A DNA stretch of 64,000 bases, taken from positions 62,001 through 126,000 of the forward strand of contig CAXBME010000008.1 of the NCBI GenBank assembly GCA_963976765.1. Direction: 5' to 3'. The notes below the pieces were generated by a model. It was not told the DNA's origin. It ran no database searches and worked only from the letters and a program-made list of their open reading frames with translations. This stretch comes from an uncultured Planctomycetaceae bacterium (lineage in GTDB: Bacteria > Planctomycetota > Planctomycetia > Planctomycetales > Planctomycetaceae). The translations under genes were made by a program, and so were the position numbers. Positions 1-9,900 of this stretch are shown here, one piece after another (position 1 is the first letter of the stretch; each line of letters opens with the position of its first letter).

Positions 1-1
1 T

Positions 2-2293
2 GTCTTGCAGGCGCTGCCCAGGTTGTGGCAACTGAGTGTCGACGGACGACAATTACAGGGAGCCGGCGGGCAGAGTGTTTCGGCATTGAGCAATCTTGAG
101 AATCTCCTGGTACGGTTTCCGGGAGCGGAATTCGACGGTGTCGCTCTGAGTGATCTGAAAAAACTGACGAAATTGCACCTGCATGAACTGCCCGCGCGGC
201 TGGATGATCAGCTATGGATGGCAATTGCCGGGTTGCCCAAACTGAATGACCTGTACCTGTCGGGTGCCGGAGTTTCCAATTTCTCGATTGGGAAGATGCC
301 TGCCCTGGCCAGGTTACAAGTCCTGAGACTCCAGAGTGGCGAGGAAAAACTCAGCGGCGAAACGATTGCAGCGGCCGTCCGCCGTGCTCCAGCTTTGAAA
401 GAGCTGGTCGTTTCTCACGATGAGTTAAACGATGGTGATGCCAATTTCCTTGAATCTCTGACGCAACTGAGACGGTTGTCGCTCACTGACAACGAAATCT
501 CGGCCGAGGCCATCGACTCGCTGCACGCCGCACTGCCGGGCTGCCGAATCGAATCCGACCACGGCACGTTTGAGCCGACCGTTGCTGTCATGAGTCCAGA
601 CCGTCGCTCGGCGGAAGCTGTGTTGAAGCTCGGCGGAATGGTTTGGGTCGGGAGTAACTTTCAGCAGATTACGGATCCGGGCGATCTGCCGACGGCACCA
701 TTCTCGGTGACGAAGATTGACCTCTCACAAAAGAAGAATATCGAAGACGAGTTTCTGGCAAACTTTCGCGGGCTTGCGGGTCTGCAGAATTTGATCCTGA
801 CAGAAACTTCGATTTCGGACCGCGGCCTGGCAAATCTGACGGATGAGGGGCGACATCCACTGCCGGCTTTGCAACGGCTTTACCTGGATGGCACGAAGGT
901 TTCGCAGGATGGCCTGCTGTTTCTTAGTGGCTCGCGTGGTCTTTTTAGCCTGATGCTTGACGGGACAGCTATCACGGAAGGAGCTGTTCTGAATCAGTTT
1001 CCCAGGCTGAGAAATCTTGAACTGGGGCAGACATCACTCACAACAGCGAATCTTTTGGAGATTATCTCCAGGTGTCCCCAACTGGATCGTCTGACGATGG
1101 ATGGTCGCCATCTGACCGAAACGATGGCGAGCAGCCTCGCTGACCTTCCGGATCTGCGTGCTTTGAAACTACGGGATCTACCCTCTGATTTTGATCCAGA
1201 CCATCTCGCGAAACTTCCGCTACTGACGGAGCTCTATGTAGGCACTGCAGATTCCACCGTGTTTGACGACGACTTCTGGAAAGTCGTCGCTGGTTTGGAC
1301 CAGCTTCACATCCTGATGTGCACGGAAGGCGTCACAGACCAGACACTGGCAATAGCTCGGCCTATGCCACAGGTTCAGGTGTTTACCATCATGTCGAAGG
1401 CGGTGACTGGCGAGGCTCTTGCGAAGGCGATGTCAAAGTTCCCGAATGTTCGATTTCTTTCGGTGAATTACTCGGACTGGACTGACGACGACGTCCAGCA
1501 GCTTCACCGTCTGAAGTCGCTCGGGAAACTTGATTTGACAAAGAACTCTGCCAGCGTTGAAGCCATCAAGGCATTGTCCGCTGCTTTGCCGAAGTGTCAG
1601 ATCATCTCTGATCACGGGACTTTTGAAGCCGGGTCAGTCTCGGGAATACGATCGGCACTTAGCTTCGACGGTGTCGACGATTATGTTGAGTGCCCCGGCG
1701 TGACGATTGCGTCGAATCGTCCCTTCACGATTGAAGCGACCGTCACCAACTGGAAAGAGGGGTACGGAACGGTCTGCGGCTGGATGGGCAACGTTGGCCT
1801 CTATCTGGCGAAAGGCAATCTCATTGGTGCGGGAATCACAACAACTGAATTGCAAGATGGTCAGACGCACAAACTGGGAACAGAAATTCCAGACACTGAT
1901 GTTTTGAGACTCGCACTCACTTCGGATGGGAAGCAGATCAGGCTGTTTGTGAATGGCGTCGAAAGAACGTCACGAACGAATGATCATCCAATCAGCCCGA
2001 TGGAGCAGGTCAAAGGCAGGTTCTTTTGTATTGGAGCGTACGACTTCGTTCAGCAGTCCAGGCTGCTTGGGCCGTTCAACGGCGTGATTGATGAGGTACG
2101 CATCTCAAGCACACAGCGGTACGCGGATCAGCACGTCCCGCCGGAACGGCTGTTGGCCGACGAGCACACTGTCGCCCTCTACCACTTTGACGAAGGACAG
2201 GGAACAGTCCTGAAGGATTCATCCGGCAACGGTCACCACGGAATCATTCATGGTGCGACGTGGGTAAACAATAGTGCGTCGGTACGCAGATAG
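2..2293 (+). CDS. Leucine-rich-repeat protein with C-terminal LamG/concanavalin-A-like domain (5'-truncated by window edge)
   Basis: The frame is open from the window start. It has many LxxLxLxxTxIxD LRRs in two blocks, each ending in a similar cap (ALPGCRIESDHGTFEP / ALPKCQIISDHGTFEA). A LamG-like domain follows (ALSFDGVDDYV...FNGVIDEVRIS...ALYHFDEGQGTVLKDSSGNGHHG). In planctomycetes this tail often follows a Ser/Thr kinase, but no kinase is visible here. Confidence 0.8.
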   Translation, partial: VLQALPRLWQLSVDGRQLQGAGGQSVSALSNLENLLVRFPGAEFDGVALSDLKKLTKLHLHELPARLDDQLWMAIAGLPKLNDLYLSGAGVSNFSIGKMPALARLQVLRLQSGEEKLSGETIAAAVRRAPALKELVVSHDELNDGDANFLESLTQLRRLSLTDNEISAEAIDSLHAALPGCRIESDHGTFEPTVAVMSPDRRSAEAVLKLGGMVWVGSNFQQITDPGDLPTAPFSVTKIDLSQKKNIEDEFLANFRGLAGLQNLILTETSISDRGLANLTDEGRHPLPALQRLYLDGTKVSQDGLLFLSGSRGLFSLMLDGTAITEGAVLNQFPRLRNLELGQTSLTTANLLEIISRCPQLDRLTMDGRHLTETMASSLADLPDLRALKLRDLPSDFDPDHLAKLPLLTELYVGTADSTVFDDDFWKVVAGLDQLHILMCTEGVTDQTLAIARPMPQVQVFTIMSKAVTGEALAKAMSKFPNVRFLSVNYSDWTDDDVQQLHRLKSLGKLDLTKNSASVEAIKALSAALPKCQIISDHGTFEAGSVSGIRSALSFDGVDDYVECPGVTIASNRPFTIEATVTNWKEGYGTVCGWMGNVGLYLAKGNLIGAGITTTELQDGQTHKLGTEIPDTDVLRLALTSDGKQIRLFVNGVERTSRTNDHPISPMEQVKGRFFCIGAYDFVQQSRLLGPFNGVIDEVRISSTQRYADQHVPPERLLADEHTVALYHFDEGQGTVLKDSSGNGHHGIIHGATWVNNSASVRR

Positions 2294-2333
2294 GCCCTGA
2301 CTTCGCCATTTTCTTTAACGGCGAATTGCGTGA

Positions 2334-2708
2334 TCAGTTGCTGTCGACGGTGTTTTTCTCGGGCAGTCGCTTCAGCAGTCGTCGGCAGATTCCTTTCAGC
2401 GAGCGTTTGTAGTTGTCGACGGTTGCTCCCGAGTTCTGACGTGGGATCAGGATCAGGTCGAGCCCGACGGGCAGATCGTGCCGGGCAAGTCGGAAGGCTT
2501 CACGCATCAGGCGTTTGAGTCGGCCTCGCTTGACGGCGTTGCCATGTTTCTTCGAAACGCTCAGTCCGCAACGCGTTTCGCCGAGATCGTTCCACGAAGC
2601 GAAGACGAGTAAGTGATCGTCGCCGGCACGGACCTGACCGTCGTAGATGTGGCGAAACTCCGCGGACTTTCGGAGCTTCGCTGATTTTGGAAATGAAAAG
2701 TCAGGCAT
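2334..2708 (-). CDS. rnpA: Ribonuclease P protein component
   Basis: 124-aa basic protein with FPKSAKLRKSAEF, RCGLSVSKKHGNAVKRGRLKRLMREAFR and GLDLILIPR, which match RnpA motifs. Confidence 0.93.
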   Translation of the reverse strand: MPDFSFPKSAKLRKSAEFRHIYDGQVRAGDDHLLVFASWNDLGETRCGLSVSKKHGNAVKRGRLKRLMREAFRLARHDLPVGLDLILIPRQNSGATVDNYKRSLKGICRRLLKRLPEKNTVDSN

Positions 2709-2823
2709 GTGAGTACGCGCAGGTCAGGCTCTGCCTGACGGAGTTTCATTCGTTCGTGATTGAAATTTTCGTGGTTGGAAATTGTCGGAGTACTTCTCCA
2801 GGCGGAGCCCGGCCTGCACATGC

Positions 2824-5046
2824 TCAATTATTGATGAGCAGGTTGACGCCCTTCTTGTTGGCTAGGGCGATGTCGAGGTCGCCGTCTCCGTCGAAGTCGA
2901 TCGTCAGGAACTGAGTGCCGACGCCCGTGTCTCTGCCCGCGGCGATTTCGTGGCGAATGAATGTTGGCGCCTTACCTTTGGCTCGTTTGACTTCGTACCA
3001 GAACATCCGAGTCGTGTCTCGGGCTCCAGGGTCGCCGCCGTTGTGAGCGTAGAACCGTTTGCCGGTCACGATGTCCCGCTGACCGTCTCCGTTGATGTCG
3101 ACATATTCGACGGCGTGGGTCTGTGAGAAGGAGTCGTCAATCGTGTGAGCTTTGAATTGTGGTTTGTCGTTACCGCCGACGTTCTCGAACCACCACACGC
3201 CATGAGCATGGGCGGAACAGCCGATGAGATCGTTGTCGCCGTCCATGTCCAGGTCTTCCAGGTTGATGTCCGAAAGTCTCTCCGGATTGATTCCGTCTCT
3301 TGCAAGAGCATACGGGTGGAACGCCCACTTGCCGGAGGTCGGGTCCGCGGGCTGCTCCCACCATCCGTGAGCGATCAGGACATCGGTGCGACGATCATTA
3401 TTCAGGTCGCCGTGGCCGAGCCCGTGGTAATACTTGAAGGTTCCGTTGGAGTGTGGCTCGCCGGGGTCGCTGATTGCGTGGAATTTCCACTTCTTCGTCA
3501 CGTCGTTCGCGCCGGGGATCTCAACGAAACCCATCTCACCCTGAGCGGGCGAACCTTTCGCAACGTCCAGTTCCGAACCGAGAACGAACTCTGGTTTCCC
3601 GTCGCCGGTGATGTCGGCGAATTCCGGCGACTCGTTACAGATGCTGTGCCAGATCTCGTGCTGCTCCCATTTGTCGCTTGGCTTGCCGGGGTTGCGGTAC
3701 CAGTGGAACGGTGCTCCGGGAAAGCCGACAACAATGATGTCCTGTCGACCGTCGCCGTCGATGTCGCGGACGTAGTTGCAGAAGCTGTTGCTGTAGCCTT
3801 TTCCGGCAACGAACGATCCGACTTCACGGAAGCCGTGCATCTTCCAGCCGGTGGCTCCCGGTTTCGCAGGAGCTTCGTACCAGACGTCGCCCGCGACCAC
3901 GTCGTTTTTACCGTCACCGTTCAGGTCTCCTACAGCGACGCCTTCGGAACGGAACTCCGGATCAAGCTCAATACGCGTCCAGCTGTGGTCGGTGTCTTCG
4001 TCGAAAAACGGAATGTGGAAGCCGGGAACTTTCAGCTTGATCCGGTACAGGCTGACTCCGACCGTGATGTAGAGCGTGCTGGTTTCGCTGCCGCTGCCGA
4101 ACTCGACGTTGCTGGGCAGACCTTCCGGCGTCCCGGTGGGGTCCTGATTTTCAGGGCCGGTAGCGATGAAGGCAATTTCTTTTCCGTTTGGATTGATGAC
4201 CTGAACGCCGGGGCGTTTAAGGCTTCGTGACGTCAGATAGATGTTTCCTGCTGAGTCGACGCAGATGCCGTCGGCGCTGGCCTGGTCTCCATAGTCGACC
4301 AGCGTTTTCCGATCACCGTTGATCAGGCCGTTGGCTCCCAGCGGGAAGGCGTAAACCTTCATCGCTCCGGGAGTCGGCTTTTCATCGCTGCCGCCAATCG
4401 CGTCCGTGCCGTTGTTATGGTCGACGACGTAGAGCGTTTTCTGGTCCGGGCTCAGCGCGATGCCGTTTGGCTTTTCAACGTTGTGCGTGACTTCGACGAC
4501 GGAGCCGTCGGTGTTGATTCGGTAGACAGCCCGGTGTTCGAGTTCTCGCGGTTCGTGGCCGAGGTAGCGTGGATCAGTGAAGTAGGTTCGCCCGTCGGCG
4601 TCGAGGACGAGGTCGTTTGGTGCGTTCAGCTTCTTGCCGCCGATATTGTCGCACAGGACTTCCCGCTTGCCCGAGGCCAGGTTGTATCGCGAAATCGCCC
4701 GCCCGCCGAAGTCGGCGCCTTCCGCTGCCAGCAGCCTGCCGTAAGCGTCAAAGGCCAGACCGTTCGACTTATGGCTGTCCTCGGCGAAGACGGTTGTCTC
4801 GCCGGTTCTGGGATCGAAGCGAAGGATGCGGCCTTTATTTTCTTTCGGTGTGATGTCCGAAAAGTAGATCGACCCGTCCGGAGCGACCGCGGGGCCTTCG
4901 GTCAGTCCACCTTCGATGCCGGTTTCTCGCGTGAACAGTTTTTCGAGTTTCGTTCCGTCAGGAACGATTGGATTCTGGGCGATTGTTGAGGCTACGTCGG
5001 CTGCAAGCAGGCCGAGCATCACGCAGGCAAGAGTCAGCATTTTCAT
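2824..5046 (-). CDS. Secreted SMP-30/gluconolactonase-family beta-propeller fused to an FG-GAP/VCBS-repeat domain
   Basis: The likely start is ATG 5046, giving a signal-peptide-like MKMLTLACVMLGLLAADVASTIAQ (the ORF track starts at 5127). SMP-30 motifs: TEGPA, SNGLAFD, NAPNDL, PNGIALSPD, DGICVD. FG-GAP loops: GDLNGDGKNDVV, DIDGDGRQDII, DINGDGQRDIV, DFDGDGDLDIA. Confidence 0.85.
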   Translation of the reverse strand: MKMLTLACVMLGLLAADVASTIAQNPIVPDGTKLEKLFTRETGIEGGLTEGPAVAPDGSIYFSDITPKENKGRILRFDPRTGETTVFAEDSHKSNGLAFDAYGRLLAAEGADFGGRAISRYNLASGKREVLCDNIGGKKLNAPNDLVLDADGRTYFTDPRYLGHEPRELEHRAVYRINTDGSVVEVTHNVEKPNGIALSPDQKTLYVVDHNNGTDAIGGSDEKPTPGAMKVYAFPLGANGLINGDRKTLVDYGDQASADGICVDSAGNIYLTSRSLKRPGVQVINPNGKEIAFIATGPENQDPTGTPEGLPSNVEFGSGSETSTLYITVGVSLYRIKLKVPGFHIPFFDEDTDHSWTRIELDPEFRSEGVAVGDLNGDGKNDVVAGDVWYEAPAKPGATGWKMHGFREVGSFVAGKGYSNSFCNYVRDIDGDGRQDIIVVGFPGAPFHWYRNPGKPSDKWEQHEIWHSICNESPEFADITGDGKPEFVLGSELDVAKGSPAQGEMGFVEIPGANDVTKKWKFHAISDPGEPHSNGTFKYYHGLGHGDLNNDRRTDVLIAHGWWEQPADPTSGKWAFHPYALARDGINPERLSDINLEDLDMDGDNDLIGCSAHAHGVWWFENVGGNDKPQFKAHTIDDSFSQTHAVEYVDINGDGQRDIVTGKRFYAHNGGDPGARDTTRMFWYEVKRAKGKAPTFIRHEIAAGRDTGVGTQFLTIDFDGDGDLDIALANKKGVNLLINN

Positions 5047-5246
5047 CAGAGGGGCACTCCCGGAATGGTTTCGGCAGGACTGACGAAGCGATACTCGCCG
5101 AGGATGGGCGAGTTGCAGGAACGGCATGTTGGCATGCGTTCGTCGGCCTCGCCAGTCAACATCGAACTCTCAACTCTCAGGATTGCAACTGAGTTGTCGC
5201 ATTCGCAGAATCAGTCGTTCTTCATTCTTCGAAGCAGGATGTCGCC

Positions 5247-6113
5247 GTGAGTGTTGCCGACACATTTGAGATCGACGAACGCCGCGTTGAAAAATCGGCA
5301 TGGCTGCAGCATTGGGACTGGTTCTTTGTGCTGAGCGTGGCGTGGCTGTTGTTCGACCTGTTCATGCAGCCGGTTTTGAGCATCTGCATTGCATCGTTCA
5401 AGTTTGGGTGGAGCGACTTTTCAAATGGCTTCTGGCTGTGGCGGAAAGACTCGGATCGCCGCCGAGGTCGAACATGTCTGGTCTTTTATGTCGCGACCGG
5501 GCTGTGGCGAATCACCGTAACTACATTTGCCGTGACGTTGCTTGGCCTGCTGGTTTACGGCTTCTGGCTGGCAATGAATCCTCAGCAGCAAGCCGCCAAT
5601 CGCAACCAGGGAAACGACATCCTGACTGGCGTTTCGATGATGATTGTGATGTTCTGCTTTGTGTTCTCGTCGCTGTCGACATGGCTGGCGATTTCGATGG
5701 GGCTCCGGAATCGAGTTCGAGTCTGGATTGATTCAAGCATTCGATATTCAAGACGAAACCGAATCTGGCCGCCAGAATCGTTGGGAAACAACCAGGTCAG
5801 CCGAGTGGTCACCAGCTCACTGATTTTCCTGGTGACTGCTTTGTTTGTCGGAGTGATCTCGATTCTGGCGTCACAGGCGGGGCGAGCTGCTCAGCCAATT
5901 CCGCCACTGCTGTTTGGCGTGGTCTTCGTTTCGACTTTGATTGGCTGCGCGGTACTCCTGCTGGCCGGGCGAAGCTGGCTGCTGAGAAAGCTTGCGGCGA
6001 CCTCGCCTGCCGACTGCTGGGCGGAAAATTCGCTGCGGCGAGGGCGGGTGTCACTGTCTGAAGAGTTGTTCGAGGATCGGAATTCTGGACGAGACTTCCT
6101 TTCAGACGCGTGA
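5247..6113 (+). CDS. Hypothetical integral membrane protein (about 5-6 hydrophobic segments)
   Basis: 288-aa ORF with a GTG start and several long hydrophobic stretches separated by Arg-rich loops. No family recognised. Confidence 0.7.
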   Translation: MSVADTFEIDERRVEKSAWLQHWDWFFVLSVAWLLFDLFMQPVLSICIASFKFGWSDFSNGFWLWRKDSDRRRGRTCLVFYVATGLWRITVTTFAVTLLGLLVYGFWLAMNPQQQAANRNQGNDILTGVSMMIVMFCFVFSSLSTWLAISMGLRNRVRVWIDSSIRYSRRNRIWPPESLGNNQVSRVVTSSLIFLVTALFVGVISILASQAGRAAQPIPPLLFGVVFVSTLIGCAVLLLAGRSWLLRKLAATSPADCWAENSLRRGRVSLSEELFEDRNSGRDFLSDA

Positions 6114-6634
6114 CTCTGCTCTGACATTCGGGTATGAAATGTCCCATCAGGGAGCATGGCAGACAGAGTTCTGCCGGTGGAATCTGCGGAGAATCGCCGG
6201 TTCTGCCAGCGAGTGGCCTCATCGAACCACTCGGCTGTTCACAGCGAATCGGGCCAGAAAACGATCGACCAGGCACTCCTAAGAGCTGCCGGGGTCGCGG
6301 TTCCATGCCTTTAGGTACCCCTGATATATGCCTCAGCTCATTTCCCGTAAGCCGCCGATTGGTGCTCGAACCACGTGTGCTTTGCCACAGATTCTGTGGT
6401 TTGAAGTCCGGTGTCGGGAATCTGCCGCTGTCGTTCCGGAAAACTGGAACTGTGGCAACAGCTCGCAACGTCCCACCGGGATTTACCGGGACAATCTGCG
6501 CAGAGTGACAATCCCCTACAAGCGACCACTTCTGTCTTCAAGACGACCCAATCCTGAAACCCTGGCGAGACTTGCGTTCCTATTTGAACCTTGACGCGCA
6601 ACCGATGTACTCTGAAGCGTTTGCCGTGATAAAT

Positions 6635-6661
6635 GCGGACCGTTCCCGGTCCGCCTGTTTT
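6635..6661 (+). terminator. Terminator/attenuator-like hairpin upstream of the giant gene
   Basis: Perfect 8-bp stem GCGGACCG-ttcc-CGGTCCGC followed by CTGTTTT, about 160 nt before the ATG at 6822. Confidence 0.45.
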
Positions 6662-6680
6662 GATATGCAGATGTCGTACG

Positions 6681-6722
6681 GCGATTTTGCCGTGATTTGA
6701 TAGCGATTTTACTGAGATTTGA
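6681..6722 (+). promoter_or_regulatory. Phased direct repeats, candidate transcription-factor operator
   Basis: GCGATTTTGCCGTGATTTGA (6681-6700) and GCGATTTTACTGAGATTTGA (6703-6722) are 17/20 identical. GATTT starts at 6683, 6694, 6705 and 6716, an exact 11-bp period. Confidence 0.45.
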
Positions 6723-6809
6723 ATGTTTGCGACTCGCTGTGTGCACGCAGCGGGCTGAATTCCATTTGAAGATCCATTTCATTTCGGTCGTTGCCTGCAG
6801 GCATCATCC

Positions 6810-6815
6810 GAGGAG
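6810..6815 (+). promoter_or_regulatory. Ribosome-binding site of the giant gene
   Basis: GAGGAG lies 6 nt upstream of ATG 6822. Confidence 0.8.
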
Positions 6816-6821
6816 CACTTC

Positions 6822-6974
6822 ATGTTTCTGACGCCGTGGATTCGCACTGTACAGAACCGTCTTTCGTGGTCTCGCTGGTTGCGAAAAAATCGCCGCCATC
6901 AAAAGCTGAGCACCAGCGCCGAAAGGCGAATGAACAAGCAGGCTGAATTGCTTGAGGCTCGTACCCTGCTGACG
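6822..6974 (+). other. Planctomycete extracellular-protein N-terminal motif (Planc_extracel / LEPR-XLL-like)
   Basis: An Arg/Lys-rich leader with no hydrophobic h-region ends in ELLEARTLLT (6945-6974), matching the E-x-L-E-x-R-x-L-L motif of planctomycete extracellular proteins. Confidence 0.8.
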
Positions 6975-9900
6975 TCCCCCGAGTTTGTTTCGGTGAGCCC
7001 GAACGTCGGGACGTTTCTGCAGGACGGTGATGTTCGAGACGAGATCCCCCAGGAGCTGTTGTTTCAGTTCACGCCGGGACAAACTCTCGACGCCGCATCG
7101 CTGGACGCGATCAACATTTATGCTGCCGGAGCTGATAATCAGTTCCGGTCGGCTTCGGCGTTGACCGACTTCGGCACGAACGGGGCTGTGTTGCTTCGAG
7201 TCGGAACTCGGCGGCTGGGAGAAAGCGAGAACGGATCGACACTGACGATCTCGACCGCCGCGACTGGGCTTGGAACCATCGTCACCGGAAGCACCGAGAC
7301 GAACGAGATCCAGGAGCTGTCGCTGCCGGCAACTTTCACAGGCGGCAATTTCACGCTGACTTTCAATGGTCAGACGACAGCCGCACTGAACTTCAACGCG
7401 ACCGCTGCTCAGATTCAGACGGCTCTCGGTAACTTGCCGGCGGTCACTCCTGGCGACCTGATTGTGCGGGGCGGACCTCTTAATACGGACCCGGTTTCCA
7501 TCGAGTTCGCGGGGGCCTTTGCGCGGCAGGATGTTTCGCAGATCACGGTCAACAGTGCCAATCTTCAGAACAACGAAGTTCAGACCGTCACCGTGTCGGG
7601 CGACCCGACAGGCGGCACGTTCCGACTGAGTTTTGACGACCCCGGCCTTGGCATTACGGGGACAAGCGCGGTCATCAATTACAACGCGAATGCGGCAGCC
7701 GTGCAGGCGGCAATCGTCAGCGGAATTCCGGCACTGGCGGGACAAATCTCTGTCACCGGAGGCGATCTGCCGGGCTTGCCTGTCTCGATTCAGTTCATTG
7801 GCGCAGCGGCTGATACCGACGTTTCCGCGTTCACAGTCGCGTCGAGCAATCTGACGGGGGGGACGTCGCCGCTGGTCAGTGTTGCGACAGTGGCTGATGG
7901 AGATCTCGATGCCGCAGTCACCACACTTGCTGATGGCACAACGGGATTCCTGAACATTCAACTGGATTCTTCCACGCCGACGACGGCGCAGAGTCTGATC
8001 AATCTTGCAGCCACCAATCCCCAGGTGAAGCAGCTGCTGCGTGTGGAACTTGTTTCGGGTGACGCGTCCACAAGCATTCTTGGCGCGAATCTGACGGCCA
8101 CACTGACGGGGGCCGGCGCCGCTTCGGGCAGCTCCAGCTTTAACTCGGGCACGAATCTCCAGGTTCAGTTCACGGCAAACTCAGCCGGACTGGCTGGCAA
8201 CGATATTCGAGTTCAATTCAATCGTCTCGACCTGAGTGCTGTCAGCAGAACCCCGAGAATCAGCGTCGTTGGCGACCTGATTCGAGTGACATTGAACGAT
8301 AACCCCGCAGCGGCCACCAGAGCGATTGATCTGGTCACCGCTCTGAACGGAAATGCGGCGGCCAGCAATCTGATCACTGCTTCGGTGGCGGTCGGTCTGG
8401 ACACGACATCGCTGGCAACGGTCGCTGATGGAAGCCTGATCCGACTGTCGGGTGCTGACCAGATTGTGAATCCCGGCTACCGGGCCATTGGTGACAAGAC
8501 TAACGAAGTTCAGTACCGGTTTGGTGATCAACTCGCCGACGACCTCTACCTGATCCAGGTTGCCGGCACTGGCCTCGAACGACTCACCAACACCGCTGGC
8601 GAAGCGCTCAACAATCTGGCTGACCACTTCCAGACGTTCCGCATCGACCTGGGTGGCGAAGTTCGCTCGATCGTGCCGCAACCGGTGCTGCGAGAGAAGA
8701 CGCTTACCATTGCCACCGGCACTGGAGCGAACCCAACCAACCTGCGAGACGGTGACACGATCACTGTTGATCCTGGCGTTTCGATATTCGCCCGCGCCGT
8801 GACTGATCTTGATTCTGGCGGCGCTGTCGTGGTCTCGTTTGACAGCGCCTCTCCGGGAACGGCCGGGAACGGCGTGCGTGTCGATGTGAGCACGGCAGAC
8901 CTGGGGACCACCTCGGCGGCGCCGACCGTCAGCGTCAGCGGTCGACGAGTCACCATCGTACTGAACTCGAACCCCACCCGACCGACAACAGCCGAAGATC
9001 TGGCAGATGCCGTCGCAGCGAATGCTTCCGCGCGTTCACTGATCGCTGTTGTCCTGAGCGGCGACGCATCGACGACCATCGGCACAACGCTGGGCGCGAC
9101 TCAAAACCTGACGCTGGCAGGCGGTCTGGATCTGCTGACCTTCGAAATCAACGACACAGGTGGGGGTGTCGCTGGAGTCCGAGGCGGCAACATTGCAGTC
9201 GATGTCAACCTGACAACGGCCACTCCAACAGCCGTCGCCGGAGCGATCGCCACAGCGATTAATACGGCAATCGCCGGTGCAACGAACGCTGACGTTCCAG
9301 ACATTACGGCATCGAACGGCGGTACTTCGACGGTCCGGGTTGTGGGCGATTCGCTGGACGTTTCGCTGAATTCGTCGTCGTTTACTTCAACGGCGATCAC
9401 TCGTGGCGAAGGCGGCCTGGTACAGCGACGGGACCGCGTTGTCGTCTACTTTAACGATGTCGACCTGGACGACACGGACGCCAGCAATCCTCGCTTCTAC
9501 CAGCTCATCAACACCGCCGGCACAGCGACTGCGATTGACGATTCTATCCTCATACCGACTTCGGTGACGTACGACCGTGCCAACGGAACCGCGGTCTTGA
9601 CCTTTAACTCTGGTAATCCGCTTCCGACAGCGACCTGGCGATTGCAGGTCGGCACGTCCGACGAAAGCGGAGACGACACGGGTTCGGCGCTGAGACTGGG
9701 GACATTGTTCGTCGGGTCTGGTTTCAACACTAACGGTTTCATCGGCGACAGTGCTGCAGCCGCTGCCGATGCTGACCTGTATCGATTCCGTTTGGGCGGC
9801 GCCGGTGGGGACGTGACGGTCATTGTAAACCCGACTGGTGGTCTGGACGGCGAAATTGAAATCCTCGACTCGACCGGTGCCAGTATCCTTGGGCCCATGT

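Noticed and set aside
3145..4989. 361-aa and 190-aa + strand ORFs
   Set aside because: They are antisense to the well-supported SMP-30/FG-GAP gene and show no motifs.
6562..6619. Sigma-54-like TGGC...TTGC and sigma-70-like TTGACG upstream of the giant gene
   Set aside because: The GG-to-GC distance is 10 rather than 12, and there is no acceptable -10 box at 16-18 bp from TTGACG. I also saw no RfaH ops (GGCGGTAG) element in the leader.
6114..6800. Short ORFs or a riboswitch in the 5' intergenic region of the giant gene
   Set aside because: The ORFs have no convincing RBS or protein-like composition, and I recognised no riboswitch consensus by eye. An Rfam scan would be needed to exclude one.
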